Positions 13,488 to 27,655 of a DNA stretch of 64,000 nucleotides are shown piece by piece. The stretch covers positions 46,996,001 through 47,060,000 of the forward strand of contig OZ024742.1 of NCBI GenBank assembly GCA_964016885.1, given 5' to 3'. Position 1 is the stretch's first letter, and each line of letters begins with the position of its first letter. A model generated the notes under the pieces. It was not told the DNA's origin and ran no database searches. It saw only the letters and a program-made list of their open reading frames with translations. The DNA comes from Eledone cirrhosa. Taxonomy: Eukaryota. Made by a program: the position numbers and the translations under genes.

Positions 13488-13760
13488 TGAATTTGCTTTG
13501 CAAGGTTTTTGATATGAGATCGTGTGTTGAAACAAATATTGTTATATTTGGAGAGGGTCATATTTTTATAATATTGCCAGAAATAATAATAAAACACACT
13601 CAATGTTTGGTATTGGTTTATTTTCGCTTCTGTATCTTTTATATCCCTATAGTTAATTTAGCTTGGATCAATGCTTATCATTGATTGACCAACGGTTAAA
13701 AATATATAGATAAATATATATATAGTCTATCAAAGTTATTTCCTCATACACCTGTGACAT
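13488..13760 (-). mobile_element. Family C PLE terminal fragment (Y end)
   Basis: Homologous to 14731-15000 and 27205-27650. Confidence 0.7.
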
Positions 13761-13789
13761 TAACATTGGTACTGTTTCCTGAAATGCAA

Positions 13790-14310
13790 GTCATCTGCCT
13801 CGCTCAGATTCTCAGCCCAACAGCGACGCGTGGCTCAATTCACTGCCATCCTCATCAACCGCTACCCTCTTGGAGTAGCCAAATACCTCGGCCCCCGCGT
13901 GTGTGAGCCACAGAAATGCCTTTGTGGGGAGGTTGTTGACACGTTCGGCCTGAACTCACTCTTTGCCGCCAGAGCGTAAGCCGGTTCCCTCGACACGCTG
14001 CTCTCAACGGCATACTGAGAAGGAACCTGGACGCAGCTGGCTTTCCATCACAACTGTAGCCAGCAGGCCTTGACCGCGAAGACGGATAGCGTCTCCCCAT
14101 TCGAAGGAGGTAGATCCTCATCTGCAACATCACTTGTTACGACACGTTCCTCTTCGCACCAAGCTCAGTAGCGAGTTCCTCCGCAAGGTCGGAACGTCGG
14201 TAGCCTGTTTGAGTAAGGAGCCCCACGAGGTGGAGTGACTGTTGCAGCGGGAGTTCCTGGCCATTGTCTACTGGAATGTTTTGGGGCAGCCTTTCCACCG
14301 CCGCGTTCTA
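13790..14310 (+). mobile_element. CRE-like non-LTR retrotransposon C-terminal fragment (Zn knuckle + restriction-like endonuclease)
   Basis: LGAPRVC/EPQKCLCGEVVDTFGL..CRQSV.RFPRHAALNGILRRNLDAAGFPSQL.PAGLDREDG...PFEGGR...ITCYDT, with frameshifts. Confidence 0.75.
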
Positions 14311-14730
14311 GGCCCTAAGCCCAATCATTCTTCCCCTCCTCATTCTCCTGAGACACTAGAGTTCTTGCCCTTCCCTCTTCTTCCCATTTTTCTTTCTTAT
14401 TTTCTTTTCACTCTTTTAAATTCCATTCTTCTCAATCAAAATTTTCTTTTTTTTTTAAAATAAACTGTCTTTATATGATATATTCCATAAATAAAATTTA
14501 TTCTTTTTCTGCTTTCACCCTCAAGTGGGATTTTCTGAAAGAGTTTCAGAAAATCCAGAGGATCCAGAAATTGTTTATTTAAACTTGTAATCTCTGCTAA
14601 TAATAACAATAGTAATAATAATGATAATAATAACATACATATATATAGAGAGAGAGATACATACGCATACCTACACACACACACGCACACACACGCATAC
14701 CCCCCCCCCCCCACACACACACATATATAG

Positions 14731-15999
14731 CAGTTTTGCGAGTTTTTTTTAATATGAAATCATATGTCGAAACAAATATTGTTATACTTGGGGAGGGTCA
14801 TATTTTAGTAATAATATTGCCAGAATTAATAACACAACACACTCACTGTTTGGTTGGTTTTCGCTTCTGTGTCTTTTATACCGGTTAATTTAATTTATTC
14901 GGTCCTCAATGTCACCATTGACTGACCAACGGTAAAAAATACAGATATAATATAGACACAAACACATATATATATAGTCTAACAAAGTTCTTTCGTTGCA
15001 CATCTGTGGTGCTATTATGTTTCCCCCTGTTGTATTGTATGCCTACGCCATCTTTATTTAGTCTGTTTATTTATTTATTTATTTATTTATTTTTGTCTTC
15101 TCTGCGCATGCGTTTGCGTGTGTGTATAGTTTTTGATGTGTGTTCGTGTTTGGGTGACTGTGTATTGGTTATTGTATTCTATCTTAGTTTACTAGTGTGT
15201 GTTTATATGTGTTTGTTGTTATTGTGCTTGTGTATGTATTTATTTATACTTCTCTTAGGTCAGTATTGTTTGTTTGGGTGTTGTTGTTATTCCATTCATT
15301 TTTTTCTGTTTAGCCTTGGCCTTCTAAGTTCTATTTCGCTGGCCTCTCAGATTTGCCTATCCGCTGGGTCATTTCTATGTTTAGAAATGACATAGAAATG
15401 ACCCAGCAGATAGGCAAATCAGAGAGGCCAGCGAAATAGAACTTAGAAGACCAAGGCTAAACAGAAAAAATGAATTGAATAACAACAACACCCAAACAAA
15501 CAATACTGACCTAAGAGAAGTATAAATAAATAAATAAATAAATACACAAGCACAATAACAACAAACACATATAAACACACACTAGTAAACTAAGATAGAA
15601 TACAATAACCAATACACAGTCACCCAAACACGAATACGCATCAAACACTATACACACACGCAAACGCATGCGCAGAGAAGACAAAAAAATACAAATAAAT
15701 ATAAACAGACTAAATAAAGATGGCGTAGGCATACAATACCACAGGAGGAAACATAATAGCACCACTGACGATGTTGCAGATGTGCAACGAAAGAACTTTG
15801 TTAGACTATATATATATGTGTTTGTGTCTATATTATATCTGTATTTTTGACCGTTGGTCAGTCAATGGTAACATTGAGGACCGAATAAATTAAATTAACC
15901 AATATAAAAGACACAGAAGCGAAAACCAACTAAATAGTGAGTGTGTTCTGTTATTAATTCCGGCAATATTACTACACAAATGTGAGCCTCCCCAAGTAT

Positions 16000-16006
<7 letters not shown>
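14731..16006. mobile_element. Family C PLE-derived 1.27-kb palindrome
   Basis: 14778-15380 is inverted at 15390-16006 with a 9-bp spacer; the left arm extends ~48 bp further; no ORF; contains an HHR. Confidence 0.85.
15757..15810 (+). ncRNA. Type I hammerhead ribozyme (family C)
   Basis: CTGACGA-T-GTTGCA-GATG-TGCAAC-GAAAGAACTT; homologs at 27547-27597 and 50571-50613. Confidence 0.7.
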
Positions 16007-16040
<34 letters not shown>

Positions 16041-17839
16041 AACCGTGTTAGGTCTTGTGTGAGTGCAATCTATATGATAAAGAAATATCGAACCTCTCAT
16101 TGTCTATTCTGATTACATCAGTGAGTGGACCACATTCTCTCATGTATAAACTTGAATACCTAAAACTCTACGTGGCTACAGATAAGTATCATGGATATAG
16201 ACATGTTACAATGATTAAATATGGAATGTCGACTGCTCAGATTGACAAGGTCAACTTTGCATTCTTCACTTCGAGGTTAATATAATAAAAATCATTAATC
16301 TACAGGGTTTCTTGCAATCAACCTTCACCTCAATGCAGATTATCATACATTAACTGTATACATCTGTCTATTGTAACACACGGACACACACGTATACACA
16401 AATACGCACACGCACACAAATATGTATAAGCTGTGAGGGTATTTTAGATTAACTCAGTGAAACATGTGTATTCAGAAAATGTAGGCACAGACGCACACAT
16501 ACATGTATGTATGTACGCATATATATATATATATATATATATATGCGTACATACATATATAAAATTCATTTAAATGATGTAGGAATCTCGAGAGTCGAAA
16601 ATAACTATAATAATAGCCGATTGCTAAAATAATAGCTTAGATAATCTGGTATTTGAAGGATACGGTGCCCAATACTTCTTAAACTATTCTAGGGGTATTT
16701 TATCAGGTTGGTTAAGCTATAATTTCGTACATTTTATCAATGAATTTCAAGAAATACACAGCCCTTCGATAACTTGTATAGTACATACACTTATAGATAT
16801 ATAGATAGATACATACACACAAACACATACATACATACATACATACATACAGGATGGCTGCAAACTCGTGTTCGAACATTGCTATCGCCTGATAAAATGC
16901 TCAAAAATGTGAGGCATGGATGTGGCTCTTTAAACCAGCCAAAGACTACATCCTCTTGCATACATGGCAACTGTAGACTCCTCCGGGACTTTCCATTCTA
17001 TTTTTTTTCCGACGAGTTTCATACGTACGTACATATATACATAAAACATATATAAACACAAACATAGATGCATGCACACATAAATACATACTAGCATACA
17101 TACATGCATACATAGTGGCTGCCAACTCGTTATCGAGTATGGCCACTACTCTATATCCATGTAGGAGAACCCCTACCGATGGGCTGAACGAGTGTGACTT
17201 TTTAGTCTAGCCTGTGACATAAAAACTCTGGTACAAACACTACACTTGTGACAATTATTGACACATAGTGCTGGGCCCATGGTACCATGTGAGGACAAGT
17301 GCAGAGAGATCTCCAGATATAAAGCAATGCCTGTGCCGTGAAGCTTTTATAGTGAGCAAAGGCACTGCACAAAGCCAGTCCCACTCTCTTAACCAAGATG
17401 ATATTTACCAAAAAGAAGAACAAGTCAACATCATTGGATACCATCAGGGTTGCAGGTTATATCAGAGTTTTCCTTCTCCTAGAATTCTGCCTTGACAAAG
17501 GCTAAGGGGTCATCTCTCCCGGTGATTTTGGATGGCCATTTACTCTTAAGAGCTCCTTTGCCCTTTGACAGGTTTTGTTTTTAGTCCTGCAGGATGTCCA
17601 AAGAAACCTTGGTGGGGCTGCCATTTTAGTCGCCAACGACCCGACCATGGGACAGGTTGTACTGGGATGCATGTTACCAGTAGCACCAACATAGACATAC
17701 ATATATCTATATACACACATACACACAGACATAGATGCCTGTCTACACACATACATACACATGTATATATATACATACATATACATATGGATGCCTACAC
17801 ACATACAATCAAATGATAATATTCCAATTACGGACTCAA

Positions 17840-18170
17840 TACATGGTGTCTCGTCGTTAGTAGTGGCAGCGGTGGTGGCAGGGTGTAGTGGTTGATGGTG
17901 GTGATGGAGTTGGCGTCTAGTAGTTAGTGGTGTTGATGGTGGCGATGGTTGGCTGCAGCTGTTGATGTTGGTGATGGTTGGCTGTAGTTGATGATGGCGG
18001 TGATGGTTGGCAGTGGTGCTCGTGGTTTATGGTGATGTTTGTTCTAGTTGATGATGGTAGTGCTTGTTGATGGTAGCAATGGTGGCGGCTGAGTGTTGTC
18101 GCTAACAGGAGTAGAGGTTAGTTGTTAATGATGGCGGTGGTGGTAGCGGTTAGTAATGGTTAGGTGTTAA
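17840..18170. repeat. Degenerate (GAT/GGT)n low-complexity tract
   Basis: Repeated GATGGT/GGTGGC. Confidence 0.7.
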
Positions 18171-18488
18171 ATGTGTTAATGACATGCATACATACAAACA
18201 TACATACATACATATATATGAGTATCCGTACTAAACACAGTATATAGGGTGAGAGTTTGCAACTTGATATTTGATGGAAAATTCACGTATTTTCTGATTA
18301 GAAAAACAGTTTCAAAGGCATTTTAAAAATATAATTGTTGATTCTTAAACAGTTTTAGTCGTTTAAAGCACATCTTTTACAATGTAATGTCTCTCTCGGT
18401 ATCATGACTTAATTAGCTTCGTGCTAAATAATTATTAATTACCATTGTTTCTTTCTGTCCTATTTATTTATCCATTAAATCTATCACA

Positions 18489-18560
<72 letters not shown>

Positions 18561-18593
18561 GCAAATACATACACCACAGACAGACACCCATAT

Positions 18594-18689
<96 letters not shown>

Positions 18690-18690
<1 letters not shown>

Positions 18691-19503
18691 TTACAATAAT
18701 CAAAATTCAATTTAAATCATTTATTTGCTTACAATTGTTTCCTCCAAACCGAGGTTTGGATTCTTCGGAGCAACTATTTAGTGATCTATAACATACTTGC
18801 CCACCTTTTCAACACAAGAGACATATAAAAACTTATGCACATATTGATCCACAGTGGGATGACATCCATCAAAATACTATATATAACAATGTCAGACTGG
18901 AACCGTCACCACCCCTAGCAATTAGCATCAGTAGCACACCTCACACCTCATCTCCACACCCATTTATATACTCTAAAGGTAATACTGGCAGCATTATAGC
19001 ACCATCTACCCTGGGGATACCCCCATGTACTTCTAATTCTGACATCTCAGCCGTGGATTACTTAAACTGCATTGCACAAATATATGATTAATGTAGACAC
19101 GGTATTGGTTGTGCTAACATAGTCCTGTGCATGGAGTGCCACCATGAGATAGATTGATGATTAAGTAAGTAATCTTATCATTATGTGACTATATATTCTA
19201 TACGATCAGTACAATGAATTATGCACAGGTGATACATCAGTTAGGAGTCTCTGTGTTGCTTGATGACCTGACTAGTATCTTTTGATGAGAGAACGGGTCC
19301 CCGGACCACCCTGGTGAACTTACCGGGAATGCAGTCATACAATGACCCGAAACTTGCCGGGAGTCTTGTATGATAATAAGACCATTATTAATAATAAGAC
19401 CCTTATTAGTAGTGAGACCCTTATAATTAATTTTGTAGTCTGACTCTTCTTATGGATTGTCCAGGTGTGGCACTCCATATTAGATTGTAATCATCAGGAT
19501 ATG
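18690..19503 (+). mobile_element. Family B PLE fragment: inverted terminal arm (18690-18870) + sense 3' UTR (18870-19503)
   Basis: 18690-18870 matches 30392-30575 directly; 18880-19500 matches ~31790-32400 inverted. Confidence 0.8.
18725..18773 (-). ncRNA. Type I hammerhead, CCGAAGA core (family B)
   Basis: TTGCT-CCGAAGA-A-TCCAAACC-TC-GGTTTGGA-G-GAAACAATTGTA-AGCAA. Confidence 0.75.
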
Positions 19504-21247
19504 AGCGTGGAGAACAATAGCACGCAAAGACAAAACCACGTAAATGGTATAGCAGAAGTCGTAGACTAAAATTCTAACTAGGAGACCGAATGAATCTCCG
19601 CTACAGAGTTAAGAACAAAGTAAATAAATACAATACAGAAGTATTAGAAATAAATAAATACATACACGCAAACAAATACGTACATACACAAGCATACGCA
19701 AAACAATTACCATAGGTATACAAAACCACGCACATATAAATATGTGTGTCTGTGTATGCGTGTATACAAATAAATAAATAATTATATAGACGTATATAGA
19801 TAAATAAATACGTATATAACAAGCGCACACACATACCTACATGTAAATACACGAATGTTCGGAGACTTATGTCAACCAAATCATGAAGTACACATATACA
19901 CACACCTATTCTGGAGTCTAAAAGACCACCACACCCAATATAAGTTACACTGGGAGATCCTAGCTAGGTCTAGATCGTATAACGGAAATAAAAGACCATG
20001 TGACCTCTGCGCCGCTGAGGCCCTGGAAATACTCTATGCCACAGACCACATCTTAAAGAAACATCTGAGGCAATTTCGCCTTGTAAACATAATTTGCACA
20101 AAACTTTCCTGTATTACAGCCCCACGTTATACCCTAACGGATAGTACGATCTATACGTGGATATTTTACGTCTTGATGTGGGAGCTAAGTATATGTTTTG
20201 TTTATACCATTACTTATTTGCATAGGTAAGTATATATTACCCGTATGTTTCGTGAAGGTACGTATACCTTCTAGTACGTATATTTGATTGTTTATATTAT
20301 GGCGTATAATTTTTTTATTTTTTATTCTGGTACATATGGTTTGGCTATGTGTATACGGGAGTTTTGCGTCTGTGTGAGTATGCAGGTTCGTACGTATGTA
20401 GGGTGTGTGTATATGTGTACTTCATGTTTTGGTTGACTTATGTCTCCGAACATTCGTGTATTTACATGTAGGTATGTGTGTGCGCTTGTTATATACGTAT
20501 TTATTTATTTATATACGTTTATATAATTATTTATTTATTTGTATACACGCATACACACACACACATATTTATATGTGCGTGGTTTTGTATACCTATGGTA
20601 ATTGTTTTGCGTATGCTTGTGTATGTACGTATTTGTTTGCGTGTATGTATTTATTTATTTCTAATACTTCTGTATTGTATTTATTTACTTTGTTCTTAAC
20701 TCTGTAGCGGAGATTCATTCGGTCTCATAGTTAGAATTTTAGTCTACGACTTCTGCTATACCATTTACGTGGTTTTGTCTTTGCGTGCTATTGTTCTCCA
20801 CGCTACACATATGACGTATTATCTTCGTTTTTTTTCGTTCATTGCCAGAGAACGTCTCTATGAACCACCTAAGAGAACATTAGTTTTCGACCTCTTTTAT
20901 ACCATAAACGTGGTTCTGTCTTTGCGCGTAATTGTTTTTCACCGCTCCTATTAATGACGTATTATATTCGTTTTTTACCGTTCTTTGCCAGCGAACGTTT
21001 CCACGAACCAAAGTATCGTCTTCCTGTCTTCCTTCGGTTGCAACGTTTTTTTGAAATATCCACTTCTGCGTTTACAGATTGACTTTGTTAGTTTCAGAAG
21101 ACCCCGTTAAGGGTGAAAGCAGCGATTCTTTGCTTAAACTTTAATCTGTTATTTTAATAAATATTTGCTCCACGGTTGTTATATATTTGATATATATTTA
21201 TCGTTATCGAGCCCTCTTTGGATTTTAGTCTTGATATTTATTATTAT

Positions 21248-21251
<4 letters not shown>
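19504..21251 (+). mobile_element. Family A Hydra-type PLE, 5'-truncated, with inverted arm
   Basis: GIY-YIG end WSLKDHHTQYKLHWEILARSRSYNGNKRPCDLCAAEALEILY at ~19907-20150. 19504-19906 is inverted at 20402-20804. 3' UTR homologous to 51412-52478. Confidence 0.9.
21090..21140 (+). ncRNA. Type I hammerhead-like, CAGAAGA core (family A)
   Basis: AGTTT-CAGAAGA-CCCC-GTTAA-GGGT-GAAAGCA...TGCTT-AAACT. Further copies: 35298-35348(-), 42627-42677(-), 46652-46702(-), 51522-51572(-), 53721-53771(+). Confidence 0.7.
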
Positions 21252-21326
<75 letters not shown>

Positions 21327-21863
21327 TGTATGTATGTATGAACTTAGGTTTTAAACACGTTTTCTCAAAAATAAATAATTACGTTCAATTATGAATTTAT
21401 CTATTCCAAACGTTACTTTGAGATTAATGTATTAAACACTCTATCTTGACACATGTTGGGCTTGAGAATATTCCATCATATTAATGAATGCGTTTATGTC
21501 AAAGCATCAGGTATTGTTAAACATTTCATCTTAGTATTTGAAATTCTTGTTTTTAAAACATTTCATTTATTATCTCTGTTAGATATTATATATGAGATGT
21601 AATGTTGTACTTTATACTCTCATGGGTGCCTAACATTTGACAGTACTTTATTAGGACATAGTTATAATAAAGTGAAACTAAATCAGGGTACTTTCCTAAA
21701 TTATTATAATCCTCGAATAAAAGAACGGTATCTCGTTTACTAAATTGAATATATATGTAAGGACCTCTAACTCTTGATGGCGTGTCTTGCGCATTTTAAA
21801 CTTTGCAGAAGCCATCTCCTCCCAAGGTGTGAGCAGACTGTTTTCTATATACACTATATATAC

Positions 21864-21966
<103 letters not shown>

Positions 21967-24909
21967 AATAATTACATCGAATATTGGATAATATTTTCTG
22001 TCTGCTTCTATTTTGATTATTTAAATAGAAGATCAATTCCTAAATTCGTTATCGATAAATGTAAAAACTGAAGCAAATGTCCCTTTGTGAGTGAAGAGAA
22101 AAGTGGACGCAGAGGAAGAGCTTTCTAAAGTTTTCCTTCATAAATGCAATGGAGGATTTCTTTTGATTAAACAGTTCATATGGGATAAATACTAAAGTCC
22201 ACTTTAGATACTTTTAGTCCTGTGAGATTGATTAGATCAAAGCTCAGCGTGAACAAATACAGATGAATATCTAGAGGAGAGACAACCGGAAGGGACAACC
22301 CCGAATTCTTATAGTAGAATCATCTCTATTAAAAACACAGGTAGAAATTTTAGATGGCCACTCAATGAAATACAGACTATTTTGTGCCTGGGGAAGATCT
22401 TTTACTCTGAATAGTTAGTTCCAACGCTCCAAAATCAATGTTTGAAGGGAGAACTCAATCAGATTGATACACCCAAATACTATCTTGGTTAAAAAGAATC
22501 GGTAACTTTGAATACGATAGTATAAATCAAAATCAATAGGAATAATATATTATATTGGTCTACTTCTGAAACGAACTGTGGAAAGATGGGCTATACCAGG
22601 TATAAATTGCCAAAGACACAGTATGTCAAGAAGGCACTTCTAAAAATGTATAAGGAGTTACGATCCTATACATACTATCTCTAATGGAATCACACACTAA
22701 AAATCCGCTCATCTCTGCATACAATTCCTCTATTCATTCATATGAAATAATGAGATATTTAATAAGATTTCACATAGATTGTTTATGCAATTACCCATAC
22801 ATTTTTTTAATATGTAGCCAGAGAACAATTAGCAGTGTAAATATGCATTCAATTTTACGTTCCTAGGGCTTAGTATGTTTTGATTTATTATAATTATCGT
22901 TTATTTTTCGCTTAAAAGAACTGCGAAAATTCCGCTTATAAAAATATATAATTATATCTAGATATCTTTTGTAAGTAATTAATTATTTATTGGAAATGTC
23001 TGCACTTTCTTCTTATTCTCTCCATCCCCCTCTAACTCTTTCACTATCGCTAAATCCCCTGTAGTTATAGTTTTTTGTTTGATAAAATTTTGCTTGAGAA
23101 AAAGGTCGTCATTTTAATTTATTTCCCCGTCATTCTGCTGGAGAAGAAAATCATAAATTTGGAGTTTGGAGTTAAAAATAATTTCTATGAATTACTGCAG
23201 GCAATAAGACTTGAAAATATTTCACATCGGCAAACACTGGTTCAATGGCACATGTCTTGTGCAATAATTTAATATGTTAACGAATCCAGACATTTTCAAT
23301 TTATGTGAATATTGTTTTAATCTTTTCTTTTCAACGTTAATCATTTCGATATTTACGGGTTTAGGACAGCACCTTTGTGTGACTTCAGATCACTTTATAA
23401 CTAATTTAGTCCATCACTTTCAAAATGTTTCACTTTTACTAAAAGTCTTAGAACTGAATTATTCTTATCTCTACGTTTTATAACTACAAACGATCGCTGT
23501 ATTAATAAAATACTATATACGTCTGAGTATTTAATGTGTTAAGTTTTATTTAAGGATACCATTATTTTCTTTTGTTTTACTTTTTATTCATAAATATTCC
23601 GTGAATGTGTAAGTCTAGGTTTGATGTACTAGCAAAAATGTTAATTGTAATGGCTGTACTATGGTGCATATATCTTACCCACAGAATATGCGCAATAAAA
23701 CAAAAATACGACTAGATAGTCAACCTCTACGTTTTTATGTTTTTATTCTCTAAATATAAATTGCATTTCATGGTTTTGTTGTGGCACTTATTCTTCAGCC
23801 TAGCGTTAGAAAATTAAGTAATGGTAGATTAGAAAATATAGGTACACTCTTCCCCACACGAATGTCATACATATGCTCAAATACGACTGCCCTTTTGCTA
23901 AATAACAAAAACAAAATTTTAATATGAAAGATCAGCTGTATATATTTAGCAACTATCACTATAATTCAATGAGTACGTAGCACAGTTGTTTGAACAAGTG
24001 AAATAATCCTTCTAGAAATTAAAGTAATATCTATTTACTCTAGTGACACCAACTGCGGGGTGAAATTGCGTTGCGGTCTTCTATTATGTATAGTTACATT
24101 CGGTATAAGCTGAAATATTTATGAAAATCATAGGATATCCAGTGCTTAATAATACCTTCCAGATCTAGTTGCAAATGTTTCCTCCAAATGCTTGAAGTGA
24201 ATAATTGTGCATAAAATTATGGTTTATTTATTTCAACTAGCAGCCATTTGCTTTGATTCCACACACTCTCAAATTTGTTTGAATTACACCCACATATATG
24301 AAATATTTAGTCGATTTGACATTTTATTTGAATCATTTGGAATCTAGTTTGGTCACTTTCTAAATTATTTATGAGTGCATTTGTGTTTCGGGTAAAAACA
24401 CCCACATAGACATAAGTGGTCACACACATTTACTACTACTCACACTTTCTTGTCCCTAGTTCATGAGTGTTACGCTATATGTAACACTCCAACGTTCCAG
24501 TTTCCATAGTCTCCTCAATCATATATATTTTTAAGTTTCGGTGAATATGACTACATCACGACATTATAACGTATTTTATACACCGTGCAACTATAATTAA
24601 ATAGTGGCAAATATAATATACTTAAGAATTAGAGAAGAGTGCTTCGATATAGTAGAATGTGTGTTATATGAAGTTCTCAAATGCCTTAAATTGTCAACAT
24701 TATAGTTGATCACATACAATTCTATCATAAAAGTCAATATCTCGTCGTTTCTGACAATCGACTGTACCTAGTATATTACGATACCAATGCACCTAATATG
24801 AGTATAGACTTTCTCGAACGATTAGGAAATTAGCTTCGCAACCTTTGTATACATAGTTTGATCACACAGATGTACACTGGCCAAATGATTTTTAGATTGC
24901 TTTCATGTA

Positions 24910-25845
24910 CGAGGCAGTGAATTGGCAGACTCGTTAGAACGTCAGATAAATTGCTTTGTGTCATTCGTTTCAGTTCCTTGCACTCTGAGTTCAAATCCCA
25001 CCGTGGTCAACTTTGCTTTCATCGATACAAGCTCGATAAAAAAAGTACTAGCCTAGTACTGGGATCGATTCTTCCGCTATCTCTTTCTTAACTCCATTCT
25101 CTCACTCTCTCTATCCTTCTCTGCTGAATTCAGATCTGGAGATGAGATGGGCTCTGCCAGGTTTTTAAAAGATGTCCTAGAAACGCCGTACATAAGACTC
25201 CACCAGGAGGGAGTTACGGGACAATACATACACATATTCAAGTTTGACAAAAATTAGGGAGACGAAAGCTCTGTAGAAGCCGGTCAATTAGATTGCTGCA
25301 ATTATTGAAAGTAGCAGACTTTTCCTGAAATGTATCTCTGTGATTCAATATGAAGATTACGTTAAACTTACAAGTGACAGCGAAATACTCAGCTACAGAC
25401 AACTAGGATATTCATCGCTGAAAGAGGTACATGGTCGATTTCCTATTGCAGCTTAGTTACGTCCCTTTATATTCTTAGTTCAAATCTCGCCGAGATTAGC
25501 TTTGCCTTTCATCCTTACGGGATTGATAAAATAAAGCACCAGCAATGCAATGGGTCGATTTGATCGACTTTCCCCTCCCCAAAATTGTTGGCCTTGTGCC
25601 TAAAGTAGAAACAATTATTTTACGGCCGGTGTATTAGCAGTAGTGGTAGAGCGTCGGACAACATGCTTCGCGGCATAGAGTTACCTCCCTTTACGTTCTG
25701 AGTTCAAATACCGCCGAGGTTAACATAGCCTTTCCTCCTTACGAGGTCGATAAATTAAAGTACCAGTAACACACTGGAGTAGATTTCATCGACTTTTTCC
25801 CTTCCCTTCATATTACTGGCTTTTTGCCAAATGTAGAAACTATTA
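24910..25845 (+). mobile_element. Cluster of three tRNA-SINE copies
   Basis: GTTCAAAT B-box plus TTTCATCC/GTCGATAAA core at ~24990, ~25480 and ~25700. Confidence 0.75.
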
Positions 25846-26643
25846 TTATCATTGTTGTTTTTGTTGTAATTATTATTCCTTTTGTTGGTGTTGGTGTTGC
25901 TGATATTGTTGCTGTTAGTGTTGTTACAGTGGCAACTATCATTGTTCTTGTTGCTGTCTCTGTGCTGTTGTTTCTGTTTTTGTTGTTTCGTCGTCATTGC
26001 TGTTAATTTTATTGGCCTTATTATATATTGTAAATTACTCCCATTAGAGGCGACAGTACTCTATAGATTGACTGTTTTTCAAAAGATTGCAAGGACATGA
26101 GACGAATTAATGCTTTTCCTCAGATTCACAAAATGTAACTAAATTCCATTGACAACTTCATTTCAAGAATACAGAGAACAAAGTATTATTTTGTTAATAG
26201 AATAAAATATATGCATTCAGTACTTCATGTGGTTAACCAAGTTATACAATGTAGACACACCTATTTAAAAAATAATTTCATTTGTCTCCAATATCAGCAG
26301 TGATACAAAAACCAGTAATATATCTTTACTTATATAGAAGCATGATAAAGTTAATGCATTACACCTCGTAACATTACAGTTGCTGTAATTTATCAGATTC
26401 TATTCATACCAACTAACCCGTGAATATAGAACTACAATTTCCATTTAATACACGTTTGACAATATATAAAGTGGAAGTGACATTCCTTTATATATTCTAA
26501 TCTATCCCGGAACGTATATCACAACAATAGATAAGATAGATGGAAGAGAAATCTAATGTATTGAACTAAGTACCTTCGCGATGTAATAAAATTTGGATTG
26601 ATTTCTCATAATAAAGTTGTAATGTGGAAAACCTACTGAATAC

Positions 26644-26694
<51 letters not shown>

Positions 26695-26736
26695 ACGCAC
26701 ACACACACACGCACACGCGCACACGCACACACGCAC

Positions 26737-26775
<39 letters not shown>

Positions 26776-27204
26776 TGTAATGATATTGGCAGCAGGTACA
26801 AACAAAATCCGTGGTCGTCAACTGTCGAAATGGACGTACACAGTTTCGCCCCTCACCGACAGTATATATATATATCATATTTATTTCATTATACCTATTT
26901 CAAGGACACCAAAGCAAATTATGGTGTGCTTCCATCAGATAAAATATAATATAGATCAGTTTTATAAACAAATATTGACATACCCTTAAAGAATGCAACC
27001 ATGTCGGTTGGAGGCTCCCGGATGGTGCCCTTGAACTATGTATAATGAAATAAATATGGTTTTATAAATATAGTTTCCATTTGTTAATATATTGTATTTT
27101 TACTCCAAAAATATGTTGAGTGCTTTATATCAGTTATAAAAATATTTGCTTGTTGTATCCCAACAAATTAAATATAACTTCTACATTTATATATATATAT
27201 ATAT

Positions 27205-27655
27205 ATATTTGTTTTGCAAGGATTTTTATATGAAATCGTGTGTCGAAACAAATATTGTTATACTTGGGGAGGGTCATATTGTTGTAATAATATTGCCAGA
27301 AATAATTGTTTCTACTTTTGGCACAAGGCCAGCACTTACTGGTGCATTACTGGTCCTTTATTTTATCGACCCCGTAAGGATGAAAGGCAAAGTCAACCTC
27401 GGCCAGAAATAATAACAGAACACACTCACTGTTTGGTTGGTTTTCGCTTCTGTGTCTTTCATATCTCCATAGTTAATTTATTTGGCAATCAATGGTTATC
27501 ATTGGCGGACCAACGATTAAAAATACAGATATAAATATATATATATGTAGTCTAACATAGTTCTTTCGTTACACATCTGCAACATCATCAGGACTACTAT
27601 TATAATGTTCCCCCCTATTGTAATGTTTACGCCATTTTTATTTAGACTATATATA
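27205..27655 (-). mobile_element. Family C PLE terminal fragment (Y end) with nested SINE piece (27303-27403) and HHR (27547-27597)
   Basis: HHR GTAGTC-CTGATGA-T-GTTGCA-GATG-TGTAAC-GAAAGAACTA-tgtta-GACTAC; SINE TSD GCCAGAAATAAT. Confidence 0.8.

Noticed and set aside
22050-22720. LINE C-terminal fragment (and a Tc1 trace at 16850-17020)
   Set aside because: Only faint motif hints (CPLCE; VRHGCGS); too degraded to call.
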